From a bacterium (GTDB taxonomy: Bacteria > SAR324 > NAC60-12): a stretch of 64,000 bases of DNA. A program made the translations under genes and the position numbers. This document shows, in pieces, positions 51,629 to 59,681 of the stretch; the first letter of the stretch is position 1, and each line of letters starts with the position of its first letter. The notes beneath the pieces are model-generated. The model ran no database searches, was not told the origin of the DNA, and saw nothing but the letters and a program-made list of their open reading frames with translations. Location of the stretch: contig OZ242383.1 in NCBI GenBank assembly GCA_965209155.1, positions 3,232,001 to 3,296,000 on the forward strand, given 5' to 3'.

Positions 51629-52374
51629 AACGGGGTAATTAATCTCATTAAACCACCAGCTCTGCTGGTGCGAACCTAATAGGCTTTGCCGGTCAGACAT
51701 GAGAAACGTATCCGTGTCCGTGGGCCGTGCTCGTGCTCGTGAACGGTCAGTGAAATCGACGGCACATTTTGGTTAACATAGAAACAATGCGATGAAGTAA
51801 CTGTTTTCCTTCGTCAAATAAAGAAGGCTGATGATCTTCAACATGTTTAAAACATCGAGAATAGTAGCGCATTCCATTGCGGAACCTCGGGCAAACGCAT
51901 AGAATCGTTGCTTGTCAGGAAGGGAATTTTTTCCACAGCCTTCTGCGATATTGAGAGGAATCGACCATGAGGCCCTTTTCAGTTGGTCAACTAAGGCTGA
52001 GTATCCTTTTGGCAATGTTTCGATGACTTGGACAGATAACGCTAAAAATTCGATGGAACATTGGTATACATCGAGTTTTTCATGATCTAACATGGCAGCC
52101 TTTTTCGTTCACGAGCACGAGCACGTCTTACGATGACGAACACGTTTTGCCCTCATACTGGGGGCCTCTTCAAGTCACTGGCTCTGCCGGTGGTGATGAC
52201 TTCATCAGAGAATTAGTGAAAGCCGGCTGTTATTTAAAGCGTCATGGCAGTCGACATGATATTTATGCAAACCCGCAAAATGGAAGGCAAGCTCCTGTTC
52301 CTCGACACTCGGAAGTCAAAGAAAGTTTATGCCAACTGATACGAAAACAACTGGAAATTGAAGAAGGAAATTAG
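51625..52374 (+). pseudogene. hicA: HicA toxin gene interrupted by element copy 5
   Basis: ATG AAA CGG GG (ATGA overlap with hicB), then the element, then FIRELVKAGCYLKRHGSRHDIY..VPRH. Confidence 0.88.
51636..52202 (+). mobile_element. Repeated IS200-ended element, copy 5 (cargo gene frameshifted)
   Basis: 567 bp; 1-bp deletion near 51830 shifts the C-terminus of the four-helix-bundle ORF that starts at 52093 on the minus strand. Confidence 0.9.
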
Positions 52375-52395
52375 GATTGTACAGCCACAATATTT

Positions 52396-52449
52396 GTCCA
52401 ACCAGCGGTTCCTGCGGACGCACTCCCTGCGCTGAGCGTGTCGTTGGAA
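52396..52449 (+). other. attC-like integron recombination site
   Basis: GTCCAAC ... GTTGGAA just downstream of hicA. Confidence 0.65.
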
Positions 52450-52564
52450 ATGCAAAAATTCCCTAGCCTAAAAATTGCAGATATTGAGAGCCGGAATATT
52501 GCCGACTAACAGATCATCTTTACATTTTGAGCGTGCTAAACACAAATTGAAATAAGAGTCTTTC

Positions 52565-52795
52565 ATGTCAGAGGTTTATAAGATTTTAACTGAAGTCCAG
52601 GATAAAGAAGTGATCGCGAAGGGAAAATCTGTTAAAATCCGTAAACGTTTGGATCGATTATATGGGAAAGGTAACTGGGTGAAATACAAAGGGTTTGCTA
52701 AAGTCAGGTTAAGTGATGGAAACATAATTTGGACAGAAGTCCATTGGTTCGAAGCCCATGGAATTGGAAAAGTACAAATAAAGACTAAACCATAG
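52565..52795 (+). CDS. Small basic hypothetical protein (cassette gene 1)
   Basis: 76 aa, YGKGNW..KG, EVHWFEAHGIG. Confidence 0.7.
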   Translation: MSEVYKILTEVQDKEVIAKGKSVKIRKRLDRLYGKGNWVKYKGFAKVRLSDGNIIWTEVHWFEAHGIGKVQIKTKP

Positions 52796-52803
52796 GAGGG
52801 ATT

Positions 52804-53046
52804 TTGCTACAAGAGTTTGAAGGGAAACGATTTTTAATTTGCGTCCAAAACAAAGGATGCGAGGCATCATTGGAGTTATGGAAGGTGTATGAAATTATTC
52901 CGGATCCTGAATATGAAAAGCATGGTGATCTTAAAGTCATTGATGAAGAAGGGGAGGAATACCTTTATCCCATGAACAATTTTGCTCCAGTGATGATTAA
53001 TGAAGCAACCGCTAAATTAATTATTCATCGTAAGATTTCCCCTTGA
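52804..53046 (+). CDS. Small acidic hypothetical protein (cassette gene 2)
   Basis: GGAGG RBS with TTG start; ASLELWKVY, VIDEEGEEYLYP. Confidence 0.7.
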   Translation: MLQEFEGKRFLICVQNKGCEASLELWKVYEIIPDPEYEKHGDLKVIDEEGEEYLYPMNNFAPVMINEATAKLIIHRKISP

Positions 53047-53073
53047 TTTATATCAAAATGCAGGAGAACAAAA

Positions 53074-53154
53074 ATTTCCAACAAATCAATGCACCGGCGC
53101 TTTACCTGCCTTCGTACCTCGCTCCGGCAAAGTCCGGTGATTTCTGCGTTCAAT
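53074..53154 (+). other. attC-like integron recombination site
   Basis: ATTTCCAAC-AAATCA..CACCGG ... CCGGTGATTT-CTGC-GTT imperfect palindrome. Confidence 0.78.
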
Positions 53155-53179
53155 TAGCCACGGTCATCTGGCCTTTGTT

Positions 53180-53365
53180 TGACAAACTATTTGAATAAGG
53201 CAGTGGTTTGCGGAATCTTGAGGAGGTACTCTACTATTTATTCAAAGCCAGTTCCCACCTCAAAGGAAGAGGAAGTGGTTCAGCAAGTAAAAAACCTGCT
53301 CAGCTGTGAAGAGGCTCACGAGGTACTTATGACAGTCGCCGAATAATTAGAACAAAAAGGACTCC
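53180..53365 (+). pseudogene. C-terminal remnant of an Rpn/YhgA-like protein
   Basis: EEEVVQQVKNLLSCEEAHEVLMTVAE*LEQKG. Confidence 0.5.
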
Positions 53366-53502
53366 AAATCAGTTGCAAACGGTTTCCATGGCAAGGCCAG
53401 TTTTCCCCACCTTGCGTTTCCACCTTGCTTTTCCCTCTTGCTTTTCCTATATTGAGGCTGTTCTTGGGCGTTCTTGGCTGAAAATCAAAACCGAGTCCAA
53501 CG

Positions 53503-54108
53503 ATGAACCGGAAACCATTGCGGGAACTGCTGGAGGGGTCCGTTCAAGGGAAGGAAGACGCTTTTGAGGAGTTGTACCAACACTACAGGGCATATATCGT
53601 CCACACTGCCCAATCGCTGATTGGCAAGTATCGGAGCCTCCACCAGGCGGATGAGGTGGTTCAGGAAATCTGGAAGGATTTGTGGGAGAGCAAGCTGGAG
53701 AAATTCAAAGGCGAGGCCGATAAAGCCTTCTTGGGTTGGCTGTACAGAGTCGTTCAGAATCATCTGCTGGACCAAATCAGACGTGCCAAACGGCAGCCGG
53801 AACTCGCTGCCCCGGAAGAGGTGGATGAGTTGCGCTCTATGCAGGCCTGGTGGCAGGCCCAGTCGGCGGAATTGCAGGAAGAGAAGATTGAGCGGGCAGG
53901 AGAGGCTATGAGACAACTGGAAGACGAGCATCCCCAGACCGCTCGGCTGCTGCGCCGCTGCTATTGGGACGGGCTGTCCCTGGAAGCCCTTGCCGCCGAG
54001 AAGTTGGCGCTTCCCATAGAGGAACTGAGCCAAACGGAAAAGCACCGGATCGCCCAACAGTTGTACCGCGCCAGAAAGCAATTTCAGGAAATTTTTGAGA
54101 AAATTTGA
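53503..54108 (+). CDS. ECF-type sigma-70 factor
   Basis: AFEELYQHY, ADEVVQE, FLGWLYRVVQN.LLD.IRR (region 2); helical region 4 ending LYRARKQF. Confidence 0.85.
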   Translation: MNRKPLRELLEGSVQGKEDAFEELYQHYRAYIVHTAQSLIGKYRSLHQADEVVQEIWKDLWESKLEKFKGEADKAFLGWLYRVVQNHLLDQIRRAKRQPELAAPEEVDELRSMQAWWQAQSAELQEEKIERAGEAMRQLEDEHPQTARLLRRCYWDGLSLEALAAEKLALPIEELSQTEKHRIAQQLYRARKQFQEIFEKI

Positions 54109-54353
54109 TTTTTTTGGTGATATTCTGGCTCTTGGTACGTTAAATAAATAGAAGGGCTCGGTTTCCAAACGTACATTTTCCTCAAAAAAGACCCATTCTG
54201 GTCAAAAAAATAGTCCGGATGAAGATGCTCGCGAAGAAATTTTTCGCCCTCTGCAGAGAGTTCTCCGTGGCAGACGCTGTGTCCGCTGCGACAACCCGAT
54301 TCGCCCCACAGCGGGTGAATCATTTTCAAAACCCTCAAATAAAAGAGGAAATT

Positions 54354-56177
54354 ATGAGTATTATAAAAAAACTTGTCGCCTCCTTCGTGGGGCTGAACCC
54401 GGCAGGCCCCAGGTCTGTCATGAAACTCCTCTCGGTGCTGCTGGCTTTCATTCTGGGCGCGTCCGCCCTCTGGGTCGGCCCGACAGCCGCTGCGGAGAAG
54501 AAGTACGTGACCGACCCCACCACCGGCAAGGTGGTGAGCGCGCCGGAGTATGGCGGGACATTGACCTTCGCCCGAAAAGAAGAGGCGGCGGGTCCTGACA
54601 CCGTGATCAGTGGTATGTGGGCGATGGCCTACGTCTCTGGCGTTTTAGAGAAGCTGGCCATTGGGGACTGGGCAACGCCCAGGGACAAATATGATTTCAT
54701 GTTTCTCAACGTTCCAACTAACACGATAGGGTCTCTGGCGGAAAGCTGGGATATTTCCGAGGACGGCCTCACCTATACCATCCACATCCGCCAGGGCGTT
54801 CACTGGCACGATAAGCCACCGATGAACGGTAGGGAGCTGACTGCCGACGATATCGAATTCAACTATCACCGTATCTTGGGACTCGGCAGCGGTTTCACCG
54901 AAGGTAGCGAACATGCTGAGTGGAAGGGTGTGCAAGTGGAATCGATAGAAGCCACCGACAAATGGACGGTTGTTTTTAAGCTGAAGGAGCTAAACCTCGG
55001 TGCGCTGACTCATATCCTCGACGGCAGGCTTGCCTGGATATATCCCCCCGAGGTAATCAAGGAACACGGGGACGTTACGGATTGGAGGAACCTGGTCGGC
55101 ACCGGACCCATGATGCTGACTGACTGGGTCAAGGGCAGCTCTGTCACCTGGGACAAGAATCCTGACTACTGGGGCTACGACGAAAAGTACCCGGAGAACC
55201 GCTTGCCCTATATTGACCGGTTAAGAGCCCTGATTATGCCCGAAGTGGCAACATATATGGCGGCACTGCGCACGGGTAAGGTTGATTACATAGGTACGAT
55301 CGGGGCGGCTCAAATGAGGAGTCTCGACCAGGTAGAGAGCCTCCAGCGGACCAACCCCGAACTCGTAATCCACACGTCGTCAGAACGGTCGGAAAATTCT
55401 TTTGGCATGAACGTTCAGTTGCCGCCCTTTGACGACATCAGGGTGCGCAAGGCAATGCAGATGGCAATTGACCTCGAGACAATCAACAACGCCTACTATA
55501 AGGGTTATGCCGATATAATACCTCAGGGGCAGCAAAACCGTTCTTTTTCAGCGGTTGTCAACCAATTTGAAGATTGGCCCGAAGATGTCAAGAAGGTCTT
55601 TGACTACGACCCGGAAGGTGCCGAAGCGTTGCTTGATGAGGCTGGATACAAGCGCGGCGCCGACGGCATTAGATTCAAGACCGAGTTGATGCACCTCGAG
55701 CGGTACGATTTGAACTATGCGCAATTAGTCGCTTCATACTGGGCTAAGATTGGCGTTGATGTGGAGATTGATGTAGTGCCATCAGCTGTCTTTGCCGCTA
55801 AAAGAACTGAGAGGGATTTCGAAATGATTAGTGCGGAAGCGGCCAATACGTGGTTCCCATTGGTAGTGCAGATGAAATATACGATGGGCCTATCATGGAA
55901 CACCTCAAACCCACAAGACCCGGATTATGACGCCATGCATATGGCCGCTGCAGCCGCTACCACCCTCGAGGAGCAGAACAGGATACTTAAAGAGCTGGAT
56001 CAGTATGGGATAGAGAAGTTCTGGACGATATGGGGTCCTATGGCCCCACAGTATGCTGCGGTGCAGCCGTGGGTCATAGGTTATAACGGTGAAAAGAGGT
56101 TGGCAGCCGGTCAATATACCACCATCTTCTCCCGCCTCTGGATTGATAGTGAGCTAAAGGAAGCAATGGGTCATTAG
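54354..56177 (+). CDS. ABC transporter substrate-binding protein, family 5
   Basis: Start MSIIKK after AGAGGA; LAESWD, VGTGP, PFDDIRVRKA. Confidence 0.9.
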   Translation: MSIIKKLVASFVGLNPAGPRSVMKLLSVLLAFILGASALWVGPTAAAEKKYVTDPTTGKVVSAPEYGGTLTFARKEEAAGPDTVISGMWAMAYVSGVLEKLAIGDWATPRDKYDFMFLNVPTNTIGSLAESWDISEDGLTYTIHIRQGVHWHDKPPMNGRELTADDIEFNYHRILGLGSGFTEGSEHAEWKGVQVESIEATDKWTVVFKLKELNLGALTHILDGRLAWIYPPEVIKEHGDVTDWRNLVGTGPMMLTDWVKGSSVTWDKNPDYWGYDEKYPENRLPYIDRLRALIMPEVATYMAALRTGKVDYIGTIGAAQMRSLDQVESLQRTNPELVIHTSSERSENSFGMNVQLPPFDDIRVRKAMQMAIDLETINNAYYKGYADIIPQGQQNRSFSAVVNQFEDWPEDVKKVFDYDPEGAEALLDEAGYKRGADGIRFKTELMHLERYDLNYAQLVASYWAKIGVDVEIDVVPSAVFAAKRTERDFEMISAEAANTWFPLVVQMKYTMGLSWNTSNPQDPDYDAMHMAAAAATTLEEQNRILKELDQYGIEKFWTIWGPMAPQYAAVQPWVIGYNGEKRLAAGQYTTIFSRLWIDSELKEAMGH

Positions 56178-56186
56178 GGGGTTCAC

Positions 56187-57146
56187 GTGAGAGCCTATAT
56201 CATCAGGCGGTTATTGCTCATAATCCCCACCCTGTTTATATTGACCATCCTGGTCTTTCTCTCGGTCCGCTTCATCCCCGGTGATGTCATCGACGTCTTG
56301 GAAGGGAGGATGCAATACGCAGAATCGGGGGGGATTGACCGGGAAGCGCTGGAGCGTCGGCTGGGATTAGACATGCCGGTCTGGGTGCAGTATGGACGCT
56401 GGATCGGCGATATTCTCCTGCACGGCTCTCTAGGCGAGTCCCTGCTGACCAGTTACGCGGTAGAGGAGGCGATCTTAGAGAGACTGCCGGTCACCCTTGA
56501 GCTGGGTGTCCTGGCCATCCTCATCGGGCTCGTGATCGCGCTGCCGGTGGGCATCTACTCAGCGATTCGCCAGGATACCGTCGCCGACTACCTGGGGCGC
56601 AGCATCGCCATCATCGGCCTGGCCACGCCGAACTTCTGGCTGGGAGTGATGGTGATGATATACCCGGCCATCTGGTGGGGCTGGTCGCCGCCGCTGGAGC
56701 TGATTCCTTTCAAAGAGGACCCGCTGGGGAATCTCTGGGGGTTCTTCATCCCCAGCCTGATTCTGGGGACGGCCTCGGCAGCCGCCACCATGCGGATGAT
56801 GCGAACCATGATGCTGGAGGTGCTCCGGCAGGACTATATCCGCACCGCCTGGTCCAAGGGGCTCAGGGAACGGGTCGTGATTATCCGGCACACTATCAAA
56901 AATGCCCTCATCCCGGTAGTCACCCTGATCGGCCTGCAGATGCCGATCCTGGTCGGAGGCGCGGTGATCATGGAGAACATCTTTAACCTGCCGGGGATCG
57001 GGCGTCTCCTGGTGAATGCCCTCAATGAGAGAGACTACCCGGTGGTCTCCGGAGTCAACCTGTTTTTCGCCACCGGCGTGGTGCTGCTCAATCTCCTCAT
57101 CGACCTGATTTATCCCTATCTGGACCCGAGGGTGCGGTATGAGTGA
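56187..57146 (+). CDS. ABC permease (DppB/OppB-like)
   Basis: QDYIRTAWSKGL EAA loop; ENIFNLPGIG; DPRVR. Confidence 0.92.
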   Translation: MRAYIIRRLLLIIPTLFILTILVFLSVRFIPGDVIDVLEGRMQYAESGGIDREALERRLGLDMPVWVQYGRWIGDILLHGSLGESLLTSYAVEEAILERLPVTLELGVLAILIGLVIALPVGIYSAIRQDTVADYLGRSIAIIGLATPNFWLGVMVMIYPAIWWGWSPPLELIPFKEDPLGNLWGFFIPSLILGTASAAATMRMMRTMMLEVLRQDYIRTAWSKGLRERVVIIRHTIKNALIPVVTLIGLQMPILVGGAVIMENIFNLPGIGRLLVNALNERDYPVVSGVNLFFATGVVLLNLLIDLIYPYLDPRVRYE

Positions 57147-57569
57147 GAAATCCTTCCCCATCCGTGAGCCCAAGCGACGGGGCCGGCTTGTGGATTTCTT
57201 CAGCAGGCTTCACAAGGAAAAGCCGCTGGGGACGTTCTGTGGGATGATCGTCTTACTCTTTATGGTGGTGGCGCTCTTTGCCGATGTTTTGGCCCCTTAG
57301 GTTATATGGATATGCACACGTCAGACATGCTTCAGGGCCCGTCAGCCCGGTATTTGCTGTGGACCGACCATATAGGGCGAGACCTCTTCAGCCGCCTGAT
57401 CTACGGGGCTCGTCTTTCCTTAATTGTCGGTCTGGCCGCTACCACGCTCAATGTGGTTGTCTCTGTCCTGATCGGCGGGATTTCCGGATTCTTTGGCGGA
57501 AAACTGGACCTGGCGGTGCAGCGCTTTGTCGACGCCTGGATGGCGTTCCCGGGACTGCTGCGCCATTAA
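57139..57569 (+). pseudogene. DppC/OppC-like permease, frameshifted and truncated
   Basis: 1-bp deletion at ~57300 relative to the paralog at 63238; homology ends at AFPGLL (~57560). Confidence 0.85.
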
Positions 57570-57840
57570 TGAAGTGTGTGGAAATCCGCTTATCTAAATG
57601 GTTGGCACCACAGAAAAACTCCGACAGAATAGATAAGTTTTCTAAAGTGGTGATGTGTTTGCATATCGGAACAATTCGATCAAAGTTGACGATTTCCCAA
57701 TTCGGACATGGACTCGTCCAGGCAAATCGGGAAAATGACCTTGATACAAAGGGAAAACAAACAAGGCTCGCTGTTGCCCAAACGCTTTGATATACTGATT
57801 GAAAACAAGTGCTTTCTTGTTCCCTTCTTTGAGAATTATC

Positions 57841-58692
57841 ATGCTGAAACATCTCATTTCTCCGACGGTCGATTGTGTCTTTAAGGCGATTTTGGGGGCA
57901 GAGGAAAATAAAAATTTACTGATTGATTTCCTTAACGGTGTCCTGACTCCGCCGTCTCCTGTTTTAGATGTTGAAATCCTCAACCCCTACAATGATCGCG
58001 AGTTTCATTCGGACAAGCTGACGATTGTCGATGTCAAAGCCAGAGATGAAAATGAGACGAACTACCAAATAGAAATTCAATTATCTGTTTTTTCCTATTT
58101 ACCGGAGAGGATGCTCTATACCTGGAGTGACATTTATCAATCTCAGATACAAAGCGGAGAGCAATTCTCAGAATTACGTCCGGTTATTTCTATTTGGATG
58201 TTGACTGAAAATTTGTTTCCGAAAAGCCCTGCCTTTCACCATCACTTCCAAATCGTGGATCAAGACAATCAAATAAGATTGTCAGAGCAGTGCTCCATCC
58301 ATCTTTTGGAATTGGACAAATGGCAGTATTCCGAAGCATTGAACCCTGAAGGTCAATGGCTTTATTTTTTTAAAGAAGCCGAGAACTGGAGGGAATTACC
58401 CGAAATCATGAACACCCCTAAAATGAGGCAAGCAATGGCAGTTTTAGAGAGATTTTCTGAAAAAGAAGCCGATTATCACTTATACCAAGCCCGTCAAAAT
58501 GCCATCCGTGAGGAAAAAACAAGGCAAAAGCTTTTGGAAGATGCCTTGCTCAGGGAGGAAGAGGCTTTGCGAGACAAGGAAGAGGCTTTGCGAGACAAGG
58601 AAGAGGCTTTGCTCAGGGAGGAAGAGACAGTAGTTAGAGAACAGCGTCTCAGAGAAAAGTTGAAAAAGGCAGGAATTGATCCCGATGAGTAA
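57841..58692 (+). CDS. Rpn-family PD-(D/E)XK nuclease / putative transposase
   Basis: DCVFKAILG, LIDFLN, VDVKA..QIEIQ, ERMLYTWS; C-terminal heptad repeats. Confidence 0.88.
   Translation: MLKHLISPTVDCVFKAILGAEENKNLLIDFLNGVLTPPSPVLDVEILNPYNDREFHSDKLTIVDVKARDENETNYQIEIQLSVFSYLPERMLYTWSDIYQSQIQSGEQFSELRPVISIWMLTENLFPKSPAFHHHFQIVDQDNQIRLSEQCSIHLLELDKWQYSEALNPEGQWLYFFKEAENWRELPEIMNTPKMRQAMAVLERFSEKEADYHLYQARQNAIREEKTRQKLLEDALLREEEALRDKEEALRDKEEALLREEETVVREQRLREKLKKAGIDPDE
58537..58626 (+). repeat. 21-bp tandem repeat (about 4 units) in the Rpn C-terminus
   Basis: EDALLRE-EEALRDK-EEALRDK-EEALLRE. Confidence 0.9.
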
Positions 58693-58866
58693 ACTCATTT
58701 TCTTCAATTTCTCATGGCAACCGGCCATGTAACAAATCAAGAGAAAAAGTGCCAACAAACGGATAGAGTTGATCAGAGGGGCGCGTTTCAACCCTCTGCG
58801 CATCAGTATTTTAACGTTTTATCTTCGGCAAGACTTTTGTGTCCCCCCTCTGACCAACTCATCCTT

Positions 58867-59198
58867 TCAGACGTGCCAAACGGCAGCCGGAACTCGCTGC
58901 CCCGGAAGAGGTGGATGAGCTGCGCTCTATGCAGGCCTGGTGGCAGGCCCAGTCGGCGGAATTGCAGGAAGAGAAGATTGAGCGGGCAGGAGAGGCTATG
59001 AGACAACTGGAAGACGAGCATCCCCAGACCGCTCGGCTGCTGCGCCGCTGCTATTGGGACGGGCTGTCCCTGGAAGCCCTTGCCGCCGAGAAGTTGGCGC
59101 TTCCCATAGAGGAACTGAGCCAAACGGAAAAGCACCGGATCGCCCAACAGTTGCACCGCGCCAGAAAGCGATTTCAGGAAATTTTTGAGAAAATTTGA
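58867..59198 (+). pseudogene. 3' half of duplicated ECF sigma factor gene
   Basis: Near-identical to 53777-54108. Confidence 0.88.
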
Positions 59199-59681
59199 TT
59201 TTTTTGGTGATATTCTGGCTCTTGGTACGTTATATAAATAGAAGGGCTCGGTTTCCAAACGCTCATTTTCCTCAAAAAAGACCCATTCTGGTCAAAAAAA
59301 TAGTCCGGATGAAGATGCTCGCGAAGAAACTTTTCGCACTCTGCAGAGAGTTCCCCGTGGCAGGCGCCGTGCCCGCCACGACAACCCGATTCGCCCGAGG
59401 GCCGGGCGAATCTTTTGTCTTATCCTCAGTTTAGGAGAAGAAACATGACCTTGAAAAAAGCCTTCGCCCCTATCGGGAAATTTATCGCGGCAGGCAGCCG
59501 CTCCGTGGCAAAACTTAAAGAGATGACTCTATCTCAACTAAGCGGAGCCACTATGTCGATGAAGAAACTTTTTGCCCCTTTCAAAGGGGTAATCGTGGCA
59601 GGCGCCGTGCCCGCCGCGAAACTCCGATTCGCCCCACAGCGGGTGAATCATTCTCAAAACCCTCAAATAAAAGAGGTAATT

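Noticed and set aside
52147..52202. Intact 75-aa HicA starting at TTG 52147
   Set aside because: The start lies inside the inserted element without an evident RBS; the native start is at 51625
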